From Thecamonas trahens ATCC 50062 (taxonomy: Eukaryota > Protista > Apusomonadida): a stretch of 64,000 nt of DNA. Positions 22,247 to 32,082 of this stretch are shown here, one piece after another. Position 1 is the stretch's first letter. Each line of letters starts with the position of its first letter. Below the pieces are notes generated by a model. That model saw nothing but the letters and a program-made list of their open reading frames with translations. It made no database searches and was not told where the DNA came from. The stretch is taken from positions 128,354 through 192,353 of the forward strand of contig NW_013657615.1 of NCBI RefSeq assembly GCF_000142905.1. The letters are read 5' to 3'. The translations under genes were made by a program, and so were the position numbers.

Positions 22247-22464
22247 CCTCACCGCTCGCCTCACCTCGACGTCTCAACACATGAGACGCCCCTCCCCCGA
22301 GCAGAACTACCCGATCGAATGGCCCATCCACGCCGCCGATTCCCTCGCGCTGCGCTTATCGGTCCCACTGCAGCAAACTCTTCTCTGCTCGGCGTTGAGA
22401 AGCGTTTCGAACTTTGTCGAACCTTCGATTTCTGTCTTTTTCTTCCCAACTTGTTCACGCAGCG

Positions 22465-23523
22465 ATGCACCCGCAGCACGCAGGTATGACGACGATGACG
22501 CCGCTTGGACGCAGAGAGATGCCTGGCGAAGAAGTGTGGTTGGATGAGGCAGTTGCGTCGGCGGGTGAGGGCCTGGCGCAGTTTGAGCTCTCGCTTGAGG
22601 AGATGTACGCCGGTGCCGGCTCGGGCGGATGCGCCGAGGTGAGCACGAGCATGACGGGCGGCCTGCGGGTCCGCTCTCGTTCGCCTTCGCGGCTTGCGAC
22701 GATTTGACGTGCTTTGATTGAGGGCCAGCCCCCGATTGAGTACAAGGCGTCGTCGAGCCTCGAGGCGATGCTGCTGACACCGCGGATCGGTGCGGCGTCG
22801 GGAGCCGAGTTGGGCGAAGGGCCGAGCGAGGAGGCCCGTATCCGACGGCTGGCCTTTCCGCGACGACTGCATGCGGTGGCGTGTTCGCCGATGTGGCCGG
22901 CTGTCTGCTTTGCCGCCGATGGCCAGGCACTGGCTGTGGCTACCGACGGCAACTTTGGCCCGCTCACCTCGCGATCGGCGCTCGTCCGGCGGCTCTCCGA
23001 CTACGGCTTCCGCAAGCAGCGCGGCGTGGACGAGTGGCGGCATCCTGCGTTCAACGCAGCGGAGCCTGACTTTGCAGCGATTGTGCGGCGCGGAGTGCGG
23101 CAAGGTTCGGCCGAGGCTGCGAGCGCAGGCGATGTGGCTGTGGCGGCCGACGCGACCGAGTGCGATGCGCTGCGACGCTCGCTGGTGGTGCTCAAGCGCA
23201 AGGGCGACGAGCTCACACGAGCGAGCGCGGCTAAGCGGGCGCGGCTGCTGCGGCTCGAGAGCGAGCAAGCTGTGCTGCGGACTACGATGAGCGCGATCCG
23301 AACGGCTGTGGCGCGGGTTGAGGCTCTGATGGCGCAGGTGGCGCCTGCTGCAAGGGTAGTGTTTGTTGGGGGGACGGCCGGGGCATCAGCGCGATCAGCC
23401 GAGGAAGTTGACGACAACAAGGTGGAGAATGACGTTGCAGAGGACAAAGTCTGCGTACGCGCGCTCGACCGAGATGGCATAGTTGTTGGACGGAGTGACC
23501 TGGATGCGGAGGCAGACCAGTAG
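22465..23523 (+). CDS. Divergent HSF-type DNA-binding protein with coiled coil; probable intron 22639-22722/22728
   Basis: FPRRLH...VCFAADG...[12 protein letters not shown]...EWRHPAF resembles the HSF DBD. A GAG|GTGAGC donor and in-frame AG acceptors remove the TGA at 22705. Heptad repeats follow. The start codon is uncertain. Confidence 0.65.
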
Positions 23524-24388
23524 AATTGCCGAGCCGACGGCCGAGAAGAAGCCTGCCAAGAACGAGTTGAACGGGAAGGTGCCGACGAGCATGCAGTACA
23601 CAAACTGGACCACAGCCTGTAGACACAGTATGCATCACCCCGCGCCAACCGTGCCGACCACGCGCCGATGAGTTCGACCACGCGCCGCCGATGAGTACGA
23701 CCACACATGGACCACAACCATGCCGACCACGCGCCGATGAGTACGACCACAACCATGCCGACCACGCGCCGATGAGTACAACCACAACCATGCCGACCAC
23801 GCGCCGATGAGTACAACCACAACCATGCCGACCACGCGCCGATGAGTACGACCACAACCATGCCGACCACGCGCCGATGAGTACAACCACAACCATGCCG
23901 ACCACAGCGATCACATGCATCACATCCATGCCGACCAGTACCCCCGCAGCCACAGCCAACGATTCCGCCCACTCCCGACCAACGATAAGTCCCCTTGTTG
24001 CCAATCCCTTCCATACCCCCACCCCCTTCCACCCCCACAATCCCGCATCCCCCCCACCCCCACCTGCACCCCATGCCCTTGACCACCTCCACACCCACTC
24101 TGCGCATCCCCGTCCCCCACCCCCCACCCCCCCATACACCAGGTGGTCACAGCCAGGTTGCGCAGCGGGAAATTTTGCCTCTTCGCCGTCACCCTCTCCC
24201 TCGGCAGGAAGGGGATGGGGATGGGGATGGGGATGGGGATGGACCCCCCCCTCCCCCCCCTTCCCCCCTCATACACACACACGTACAGTCAACACAGCAG
24301 TGACAAGGAAGGCATCAATGACCTTCAGCCGCTGGGCAGTCTTCTCGTACTCCTCCACAAACTCGGTGGCAATGGCAAGCAGGCTCAT
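23395..24388 (-). CDS. DAD1: Oligosaccharyltransferase subunit DAD1/OST2; exons 24388-24287 and 23616-23395
   Basis: Spliced product [34 protein letters not shown]|[23 protein letters not shown]...ERAYADF...[10 protein letters not shown]. Intron GTACGT...CAG of 670 nt. Confidence 0.95.
23648..23905. repeat. ~35-bp tandem repeat inside the DAD1 intron
   Basis: CCACGCGCCGATGAGTACAACCACAACCATGCCGA repeated about 5 times perfectly or nearly so, plus degenerate copies. Confidence 0.93.
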
Positions 24389-24575
24389 GGTGCGGCAAGC
24401 AGAGTTGGGTGGTGACCGACGTGGGGCGATGGGGGGGGGGGGGGGGGGGGTGATGCTGGTGATCTGGCTGGCGCCAATCTCTCCCTATTCTTGCATCATC
24501 TGACATCTGATGGCCATGGTGTACAGCGAGTGGCTGGAGCACATGGTGGGCGGTGCTGGTGTTTGTTTGTTGGCA

Positions 24576-25556
24576 CTACGCATTCGCGATGCAGGTCGGG
24601 CAGAACCACGAGCCAGAGGGGATGACCGCTACCTTGACGCAGGAGAGATGATACCACTTGGTGACACAGTCTGGACCGTCGCATCCGATCCACTTGTCGG
24701 TCACCTTGCCGTTGCACACGCACCAACCCTCGGCGGCTCCAGTGCTCGCGGCGGCTCCGGTGCTCGCGGCGATTCCGGTGCTCGCGCTGCCGGCAGTGCT
24801 GGCGGCGGCGGCGGACACTGTGCTCGCAGTCGAGCTGGTGACCATCGGCACCACGTCTGCCGCCGGCTTGCTCGGCGGTGGCATGACGCCGACCGGCGAC
24901 GGCTTCTTGGACAGAAGCTCGATTTTCATCGGTTGCGGGCCGGCGCCCGAGCGCGCGGCGGCGAGCTCTGTCAGGCGCTCGTTGCGGCGACGGGCGTACT
25001 CCTCCTTGGAGAGGATGTCAACCGACGATCCGGGCTTTCCTTCGGCTTTTGCAGCCTCGATGGCAGCCACAGCGCGGCCACCATCGTCGGCAACGAGGAC
25101 ACCGGCTTTCCACGCGCCGGAAGCGACGCCAATGCCATGGTTGAACTTGCGGACGGTCTCGATCTCCTCCAGCGAGGCCGGGTGCCAGCCGCGGTACTCT
25201 GACAAGTTCTGGCGACCAAGTAGGCGCTGCGTCTTGACTCTCAGCTGCTGATTGGTCCACCCGGGCAGCAAGTCCTTGATCATGGACGTGTATCCGCCCA
25301 CGCCATACTGCATCAGCCCAGCGATGAGCAGCGCACGCTCATTGGCGCCCCACTTATGACTCTTCTGCGTATCCATGTGCTCATCCCAATCCTTCTTGGA
25401 CGGACGAAAGTAGTTCTGCCGCAGCCGACCATCGGCCTCGATCACCTCCTTTGGCGAGAACAGCAGCCGCAGTCGCCGCGCATACTCCTGCTTGGCCGCC
25501 TCGCTCTCCAGCGGGCTGTCCCCAATGCGCTCCGCCCCCTCACCGCCACCTCCCAT
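24576..25556 (-). CDS. Myb/SANT-like + C-terminal PHD finger protein (start uncertain)
   Basis: KWGANERALLIAGLMQYGVG...LLPGWT...LRVKTQRLLGRQNL is SANT-like. WCVCNG...WIGCDGPDC..KWYHLSCV...GSWFCPTC is an ING-type PHD finger. Confidence 0.8.
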   Translation of the reverse strand: MGGGGEGAERIGDSPLESEAAKQEYARRLRLLFSPKEVIEADGRLRQNYFRPSKKDWDEHMDTQKSHKWGANERALLIAGLMQYGVGGYTSMIKDLLPGWTNQQLRVKTQRLLGRQNLSEYRGWHPASLEEIETVRKFNHGIGVASGAWKAGVLVADDGGRAVAAIEAAKAEGKPGSSVDILSKEEYARRRNERLTELAAARSGAGPQPMKIELLSKKPSPVGVMPPPSKPAADVVPMVTSSTASTVSAAAASTAGSASTGIAASTGAAASTGAAEGWCVCNGKVTDKWIGCDGPDCVTKWYHLSCVKVAVIPSGSWFCPTCIANA

Positions 25557-25818
25557 ACCCTCTCCGCTCGCACCACCCCTCCCGTTGCCACCGTCTTCTC
25601 GCTTTCAGCCATGTCGCCGTCCCTCGTCTTGTCGCGCCCTTCCTCCGTCGCCTGCTCTGGAGTCGAGTCGTGTGGTCTGCCAAGCCGTGGCCCGACTCCT
25701 CCGAATCGCCGCCCGACATGACCCGACTCCCGCTCTGGTCTCCCCCACCCATCGGCGCCTTGATGGGGCAAGGCTCTCTTCTCGCAGCTGTTCTGGTTTA
25801 TCTCCTTGTTCCGCTTTG

Positions 25819-27021
25819 TCACCGGTGCCAGCGCCGGCGGCGGACGTTGGAAGAGCGGACGGCGCCCTCGGCACCGATGCGGCGGCGGGCGCGAGCAGCT
25901 TCGCGCTCCTCGGCGCGTTTGCGGGCCTCGTCGGCAGCCTTGGCCTCGGCACGGACAACTGCGAGTTGGGCACGGATGGCCTGGATGTCGTCGACGCGGT
26001 CTTGGATGATGCGCGAGGCCGACTCGGTGGAGAGGCCGAGCTTGGGAATGCCAAACTTGGCCTCGGCCGGGTTGTCGGAGAGCTCGATGTCGACAACAAC
26101 GCCGCACTGCGCTGCGTCCTCAAGCCACTCGCCCTCAAGCATTTTGTTCTTGGAGACAAAGTACCATCGGCCGGGCCCATCCTTGACGTCATGCGACCAC
26201 GAGCCTTCAAAGACGTCGCCGTTAGCAAAGAAGGCCTTGCCAAAGCCGGACCGCTCGTCGTCGCGCCACTCGCCCTCGTACCGCAGTCCATCGGCGGCGT
26301 AGACCATGGTGCCCCAGCCAGAGCGGCGGCCGTGGGCCCACTCGCCCTCGTACACGTTGCCGCTGGGCCAGTAGCGGGTCCCGAGACCGTGGCGAGCGTC
26401 GGCCAGCCATCCGCCCGAGTACTCGAGAAACAGCTCCTCGATGCCGGCGGTCTCGCCCCTGGCGGCAGCCTCTTCGGCAGCCTTGGCCTCGACGACCTGG
26501 CCATCACTGTCGACGATGACCATTCTCCAAAAGGTGCCGCGACCCTGGCGCATGTCGTCCTCAAACTCGCCCTCGTAGCGATCGCCGTTGGCCCAGATCT
26601 CGACGCCATGGCCATGCCTCAGATCCTTCCGCCACTCTCCGGTATACTCGGATCCATCGACCGCATACACCGTGTTCCGCTCACCATGTCGCCAAGCCAA
26701 GGGGTACGTCGTCACGTCTTCTCCAAACGGTCCCGCCCGAGTATGCTCATCGCCACCATTAACCGTCCTCGGCCGTCCTGTCGCTCTCCGCCCTCCCACC
26801 CGTCCGCCTGTCCCTGTGCTTGTCCGCCCGCTGCTGTTGCCGGCCCGTTTGCGCCTCGTGCCCGACACAGCTGCCTTGACCGTCTTCCGCATCTGCCGTC
26901 CCCCATGGTGCTGCCGAGCGCCATGCCGACCACCACCACCACCACCCTCTCGACCGCCCTGGTACGACTGCCGTGTGCTCACCGAGCTGAACGACGACTC
27001 GGAACACGTCTCCGCACTCAT
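25819..27021 (-). CDS. MORN3: MORN repeat protein, MORN3-like
   Basis: About seven YxGEWxxxxxxGxG repeats followed by LEGEWLEDAAQCG...FGIPKL. Confidence 0.8.
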   Translation of the reverse strand: MSAETCSESSFSSVSTRQSYQGGREGGGGGGRHGARQHHGGRQMRKTVKAAVSGTRRKRAGNSSGRTSTGTGGRVGGRRATGRPRTVNGGDEHTRAGPFGEDVTTYPLAWRHGERNTVYAVDGSEYTGEWRKDLRHGHGVEIWANGDRYEGEFEDDMRQGRGTFWRMVIVDSDGQVVEAKAAEEAAARGETAGIEELFLEYSGGWLADARHGLGTRYWPSGNVYEGEWAHGRRSGWGTMVYAADGLRYEGEWRDDERSGFGKAFFANGDVFEGSWSHDVKDGPGRWYFVSKNKMLEGEWLEDAAQCGVVVDIELSDNPAEAKFGIPKLGLSTESASRIIQDRVDDIQAIRAQLAVVRAEAKAADEARKRAEEREAARARRRIGAEGAVRSSNVRRRRWHR

Positions 27022-27180
27022 CGTCGACCGTTTGCTTGCTTGGTCGAGTCTGGAGAAGAGTGGTCCTTGACGCCGTTGTCCACTGCCGCCTCCCTCTCCC
27101 CCTTCTCCGCGTCGCTCTCGGTGCTGTCGTCCTGCCGTTTGCCGTTGCTGGTTCGTTCGAGCGTTCGTTGGCTGCCACCC

Positions 27181-27856
27181 CAACAATCGTTACCCACTCC
27201 AACAATCATTGTCTTGTCCAACTAATCGTTACTCACTCCAACAATCATTCTCTTGTCCAACTAATCGTCACTCCAACAATCATTCTCTTGTCCAACTAAT
27301 CGTTACCCACTCCAACAATCATTCTCTTGTCCAACTAATCGTTACCCACTCCAACAATCATTCTCTTGTCCAACTAATCGTTACCCACTCCAACAATCAT
27401 TCTCTTGTCCAACTAATCGTTACCCACTCCAACAATCATTCTCTTGTCCAACTAATCGTTACTCACTCCAACAATCATTCTCTTGTCCAACTAATCGTTA
27501 CCCACTCCAACAATCATTCTCTTGTCCAACTAATCGTTACTCACTCCAACAATCATTCTCTTGTCCAACTAATCGTTACCCACTCCAACAATCATTCTCT
27601 TGTCCAACTAATCGTTACCCACTCCAACAATCATTCTCTTGTCCAACTAATCGTTACTCACTCCAACAATCATTCTCTTGTCCAACTAATCGTTACCCAC
27701 TCCAACAATCATTCTCTTGTCCAACTAATCGTTACCCACTCCAACAATCATTCTCTTGTCCAACTAATCGTTACCCACTCCAACAATCATTCTCTTGTCC
27801 AACTAATCGTTACTCACTCCAACAATCATTCTCTTGTCCAACTAATCGTTACCCAC
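27181..27856. repeat. 39-bp tandem array, ~17 copies (CCAACTAATCGTTACCCACTCCAACAATCATTCTCTTGT)
   Basis: Near-identical head-to-tail copies with a C/T variant (TTACCC/TTACTC) and one short deletion near 27268. No spacers. Confidence 0.97.
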
Positions 27857-27872
27857 CTGGCTCCACCCCACA

Positions 27873-29501
27873 ATGGCCGTCACACTCTCCCGTGCAGGCA
27901 AGGAGACGTTCTCGGTCTCACTGCAACTCTCCATAGAGCCACTGGCCTTGCCAACGCCAACCTCTCCCGCTGTCCGCCCCTTCTCGGTCACCCTCTCCAC
28001 CCATGGCTCGCCAGCAGCCAACGCCCCGCTCCTCGCCCCGACCGTCGATGGGGCCATGCTCCGCTGCGCATGGCCCGCCCCGCTCGAGATCACCACAAAG
28101 ATGCTGCTGGCAAAGGACGGCCGCTCCCTGAGGGCAAAGCCGGCCCGCATCTCATTGATGCAGGCCAAGAAGATCGGCTCGCGGAGAATCCGCCCGGTCG
28201 CCGTCGCAGACATCGATCTCGCCGCCTACCATTCTGCACCGGCTCGCGATCTGGTCTTGCCCATGGTCCTGACGGGCGCCGGGAGCAAGGTGTTTGCCTC
28301 GGTCCAGGCCGTCATTTCTGTTGCTGTTACTGACGCGCCTGACGACGACAACAGCGTGGTCGATGGCAGGGCCGGCCCGCGGTCGCGCGAGGAGCTTCTC
28401 TGTGCGCCGCACGCACTCATTGTGGCGACGACAAAGCCCGGCGTCCTTGTCGAGACCATCATCGAAGGCCGCCATCAGAAGGCTACGCCCGGCGGAGGAA
28501 GCGGCAAGGACAAAGCCAAGGCCAAGGGCAAAGCCAAGGCGCCGTCGACGGTTGTTGAGCTGGCAACCGTCGATCCGGCGAGTCTGCCCATGGGCGACGT
28601 GTTTGTTGACGCTGCACCGCGGACCGGCTTTGCCGGCATCGTTGTCCTCGGCTCGTCACTTGCTATCTTCCTCTTTGCTGTCTCGTCGTACGAGCAGCTG
28701 ATGGAGGCGCTGCGACAGGCGACGTTCTCAACCTCGATGTTCCGCTTTGCGGGCGTCCACCTCTCGGGCCGCATTCCGGGCCTTGCGCTTGAACCAGTCC
28801 GCGAAGCTGCGCTTCTTGTTCCGCTCTCGATCAATGGCCGCATCGGTGAGCTCTCGCGGCGAATGCTTGGCCTCGCCTCGCCGCCGCTGGCCGACGAGCA
28901 AGCGCGGCTGTTTGGCGCGCGGCTTCTTGCGCTGCAGACACTGAGCAACGGCTTTCCGATCAGCATCAACGACGCCGACGTCGCTGCCTACGCCGCTGCC
29001 CTCCCCGACTACCGCCGTGTCGACGCCGAGCGCTGGGCATCGGCCGCAGCGCGGCGCGAAAACATGTCGCGCGACGACCTGGTCGCCGAGGCCGCCGCCG
29101 CCGGCGCCACCGCCGCCGCCGCCGTTGCCCACGCAGCCCAGCTCGCAGCCTCGCTCACGGCGGCCGACTCACGGATGGAGACTGCCGAGCTCTCTGTCCG
29201 CGCCCTCCGCGCCACGCTCACCAACGAGCGCGACGAGCGTGCTGCTGAGGCCGCCGCCGCCGACGCCCGGGAAGCTAAGCTCAACGTTGCTATCGACGAG
29301 GCCCACGCCGCACTTGATCGCGAGCGTGCCGCCCGCACCGCCCTTGCTGCCGAAAACACCGCCCTTGCCGCCGAGCTCGAAGCCACCCAACTCGAGCTGG
29401 CTCAGCTCAAGGCCGATTTTGCCAACCAGAGCGTCAAGCTCGCCGACACTGCCTACCGCGCCGAGCAAGCCGAGCTTGTTGCCCGATCCCGCCGGGCGTA
29501 G
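27873..29501 (+). CDS. NT-C2 (EEIG1/EHBP1 N-terminal C2) domain + coiled-coil protein
   Basis: FSVSLQLSI...WPAPLEITTKM..KDG..LRAKPARISL...AVADIDLAAY, with a C-terminal Ala/Glu-rich coiled coil. Confidence 0.7.
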   Translation: MAVTLSRAGKETFSVSLQLSIEPLALPTPTSPAVRPFSVTLSTHGSPAANAPLLAPTVDGAMLRCAWPAPLEITTKMLLAKDGRSLRAKPARISLMQAKKIGSRRIRPVAVADIDLAAYHSAPARDLVLPMVLTGAGSKVFASVQAVISVAVTDAPDDDNSVVDGRAGPRSREELLCAPHALIVATTKPGVLVETIIEGRHQKATPGGGSGKDKAKAKGKAKAPSTVVELATVDPASLPMGDVFVDAAPRTGFAGIVVLGSSLAIFLFAVSSYEQLMEALRQATFSTSMFRFAGVHLSGRIPGLALEPVREAALLVPLSINGRIGELSRRMLGLASPPLADEQARLFGARLLALQTLSNGFPISINDADVAAYAAALPDYRRVDAERWASAAARRENMSRDDLVAEAAAAGATAAAAVAHAAQLAASLTAADSRMETAELSVRALRATLTNERDERAAEAAAADAREAKLNVAIDEAHAALDRERAARTALAAENTALAAELEATQLELAQLKADFANQSVKLADTAYRAEQAELVARSRRA

Positions 29502-29519
29502 CCCCCCCCCCCCCCCCCC

Positions 29520-30677
29520 ATGGCGGAATCGCTGTCATCAAACCCCCCCCAACCCCTCAACCCCCACACTCCCCAAGCTGATCAGACGAGCCGGCCGGTC
29601 GGATGGCCACCGCTCTCGCCTGCCGTCCAACCAATGTTCGCTGTGCGAGGAGGAACATGCATGGCCAGGCGAATGAGACCCATGGCAGAGGCAGTGGCAG
29701 CCGCTGCCGGCATGCCATGGGCATACAAGGCAAGGATGATGTCAAGTGGCTCGAATGGCCTTCTCGAGGTGCCTGGACCGCTTACCGGTGGCGTGCTCAA
29801 CCGATTCCTCACCCTCGAGCTGACGCTAACTCCTTCTGCGGCAGACGGTATTCCCGATGACACGGCTGCCGACATCTTTGCCGCTGCCGCAGAGGCATGG
29901 ATGGCTGCCGGCGTTCGATCTGTCCTGCTCACCCTTCCTGCTTCTGCTGCGCGTCTTGTTCCGCTCGCCCAAGCTGCTCAGCTTCCTTCTGCCCTCGCAT
30001 CGTCATCATCATCGCCGTCGTCGTCATCGGTCGCACCACCGCTGTTCAAGCTTCACCATGCATCACCGGAGAACAACACCATCACGCTTGGGGCATGGCT
30101 CCGGGACTCGCCTAACTCGCTCCCGCTCTATGCTACACACTCGGTTGGGTGCGGCGGGCTGGTACTCGGACCGGATGAGACGCTGCTGGTGGTGCGGGAG
30201 CATGGCGATCTGCGCGACGGTCCCGATGCTCGGCCATCGCAGTGGAAGTTGCCTGGGGGTGCGGCAGACGTGGGCGAGGATCTACATGCTGCTGCTGTCC
30301 GCGAGGTCTACGAGGAGACCGGCGTCGAGACCGAGCCTGTTGGCCTCATGGCTGTTCGCCAACTCCACGGCTTCCGCTTTGGCATCGGCGACATTTACTT
30401 TGTCTTTGCACTGCGACTCAAGGACGCGAATGCCAGCCTCGACGCCCACCAGCCGCTACCGTGTCCGAACGAGCTGTACGACGCTGCGTGGCTTCCCATC
30501 CGTGACTACGCCGCCATTGAGAGCCTCTCGCCGATGAACCGCGCCGTGGCCGACGCGCTGGTCGCGGCGCTCGACACTGACTCGCTCAACGTGTGGGAGC
30601 TCTCGCGGCTGCACTACACACAGCCACCGGTCTCTGGCGCCGCACGGTCGTCGATCATGTTCATGGCATCGCTCTAG
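29520..30677 (+). CDS. NUDT6: Nudix hydrolase, NUDT6-like (start uncertain)
   Basis: LPLYATHSVGCGGLV...LLVVRE...WKLPGG..DVGEDLHAAAVREVYEETGV contains the Nudix box. Also FKLHHA and FGIGDIYFV. Confidence 0.85.
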   Translation: MAESLSSNPPQPLNPHTPQADQTSRPVGWPPLSPAVQPMFAVRGGTCMARRMRPMAEAVAAAAGMPWAYKARMMSSGSNGLLEVPGPLTGGVLNRFLTLELTLTPSAADGIPDDTAADIFAAAAEAWMAAGVRSVLLTLPASAARLVPLAQAAQLPSALASSSSSPSSSSVAPPLFKLHHASPENNTITLGAWLRDSPNSLPLYATHSVGCGGLVLGPDETLLVVREHGDLRDGPDARPSQWKLPGGAADVGEDLHAAAVREVYEETGVETEPVGLMAVRQLHGFRFGIGDIYFVFALRLKDANASLDAHQPLPCPNELYDAAWLPIRDYAAIESLSPMNRAVADALVAALDTDSLNVWELSRLHYTQPPVSGAARSSIMFMASL

Positions 30678-31888
30678 ACCGGCGCGCTCCACGTCCGCAC
30701 CACCTTGTCGTACCCGCCCGAGGCGAGGCAGCCGGCAGAGGCATCCCACGCCAAGTCGCGGATGGTGTGCTCGTGGGCACCCAGGACTGCCATCTGCTCG
30801 CCGGTGCCGAGATCAAAGGCGTAGATGGAGCGGTCCTGTGAAGTGACTGCAAAGTACCGTTGGGTAAAGACCGACGCCGGGAGGGCGTATCCGTTGTTGG
30901 CCGGCCCGCGCATGTGCCGCACTGGCCCGCCGGGCGTCCGCACGTCAAACAGCAGGCTCTTGGACTTGTCAGTGGTGGCCATGACCAAGAACGACTCGTC
31001 GTGGCACGGAACCGCCAGATCCAAAACCGAGTAGTCTGCCCAGGCATCGCCGAGCGGGTTCATGTTGTAGCTCGTCACCGTCCCGCTGGCAACGTCAATG
31101 AGGCTGAGCGCCGGCGACTCGCGCGGCGCCGCCACAAGTGTCTCGGGTGCGCCCGAGGTTGTGGGCAGGAACACCACGCCCTCGATGTTGGCGTCAAAGC
31201 TGGCGCGATGGACAACGGCGCCGTCGCGGAGGAGCGCGACCGTGTGGTCGTAGCTCGCTGACGCCGCCACCGATCCGTCGCGAGCCATCGCCACGGTACA
31301 GACCGGCCCGCTGTGAGCAGCAATCTTTGATGCTACCACAAGGCCACCATCATCGGTCTCGGCTACCAGCGCCACGCCGCCAGCCATGTCAGAGACGATG
31401 ACGCTCGGGCCGCTAGTAGCCTCGCACGCCGCGTCCATGGCGACGACCGGGCCGGCGAGAACGCTCGCAAGGGTGGCGACCGGCTCGTCGCGCGACTCAT
31501 TCGGCGCCCACAGGCGCAGCGTCGAGTCGACGCATCCGCTCAGCAACCGGCCCGGGCCGAGATAGGCGAGGCTGGTGACGTTTGCCGGGTGAGGCAGCGG
31601 CGCGAGTTGATGGGCGGCGGGAGCATCGACAAAGGCAATGTCGCCAGCAGGCAGACCCGCCATCAGTACAGCATCATCCGAGTCGGGATCGGCAGCAAGT
31701 GTCGGCTCGACCACATCCAGAAGCGCCGCCAGTCGTGCCAGCGAGCGGATGAGCATCTGCGGCTCGCCCGATGGAGCGTACTCACGGCCTACCTCGCGCT
31801 CGAGCTCAAGGAGGGTGCCATGGAGACCACGCTCGAACAGATACTGCATGACCATGTCCTCGACGGCAGATGTGCTGGGGGCAGACAT
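30674..31888 (-). CDS. LisH + WD40 repeat protein
   Basis: N-terminal MVMQYLFERGLHGTLLELERE (LisH). WD repeats include LLSGCVDSTLRLW, ASASYDHTV and LASGGYDKVVRTW. Confidence 0.85.
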   Translation of the reverse strand: MSAPSTSAVEDMVMQYLFERGLHGTLLELEREVGREYAPSGEPQMLIRSLARLAALLDVVEPTLAADPDSDDAVLMAGLPAGDIAFVDAPAAHQLAPLPHPANVTSLAYLGPGRLLSGCVDSTLRLWAPNESRDEPVATLASVLAGPVVAMDAACEATSGPSVIVSDMAGGVALVAETDDGGLVVASKIAAHSGPVCTVAMARDGSVAASASYDHTVALLRDGAVVHRASFDANIEGVVFLPTTSGAPETLVAAPRESPALSLIDVASGTVTSYNMNPLGDAWADYSVLDLAVPCHDESFLVMATTDKSKSLLFDVRTPGGPVRHMRGPANNGYALPASVFTQRYFAVTSQDRSIYAFDLGTGEQMAVLGAHEHTIRDLAWDASAGCLASGGYDKVVRTWSAPV

Positions 31889-32082
31889 GGTGTGGGTATG
31901 GGTGTGGGTTGGGGTGGGGTGTATGGCTGTGTATGGGCTCGAGGGGGGTAAGAGGCTGGCTACTGTTCCTGGCTGCCCAGGATGATCCTAGCTGACGGGC
32001 GCGTCCAACCAACCCCACACCAGTTTACCATGCAGATGTCAAAACGGGCGGATGCGTGCTCACACGAGCACACACACACACA

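Noticed and set aside
22705-22707. In-frame TGA as selenocysteine or readthrough
   Set aside because: It falls inside a plausible phase-0 GTGAGC...AG intron, and no SECIS was evident.
5717-24388. Functional cluster of ER genes (TMTC, Asterix, AMFR, SARAF-like, DAD1)
   Set aside because: They are interspersed with unrelated genes, and ER proteins are common enough for chance co-location.
27181-27856. CRISPR array
   Set aside because: The repeats are contiguous with no unique spacers, there are no cas genes, and the context is eukaryotic.
27209-28333. ORF with (LIVTHSNNHSLVQ)n as a real protein
   Set aside because: It is a by-product of a 39-bp unit without stops, has a non-ATG start, and overlaps the NT-C2 gene out of frame.
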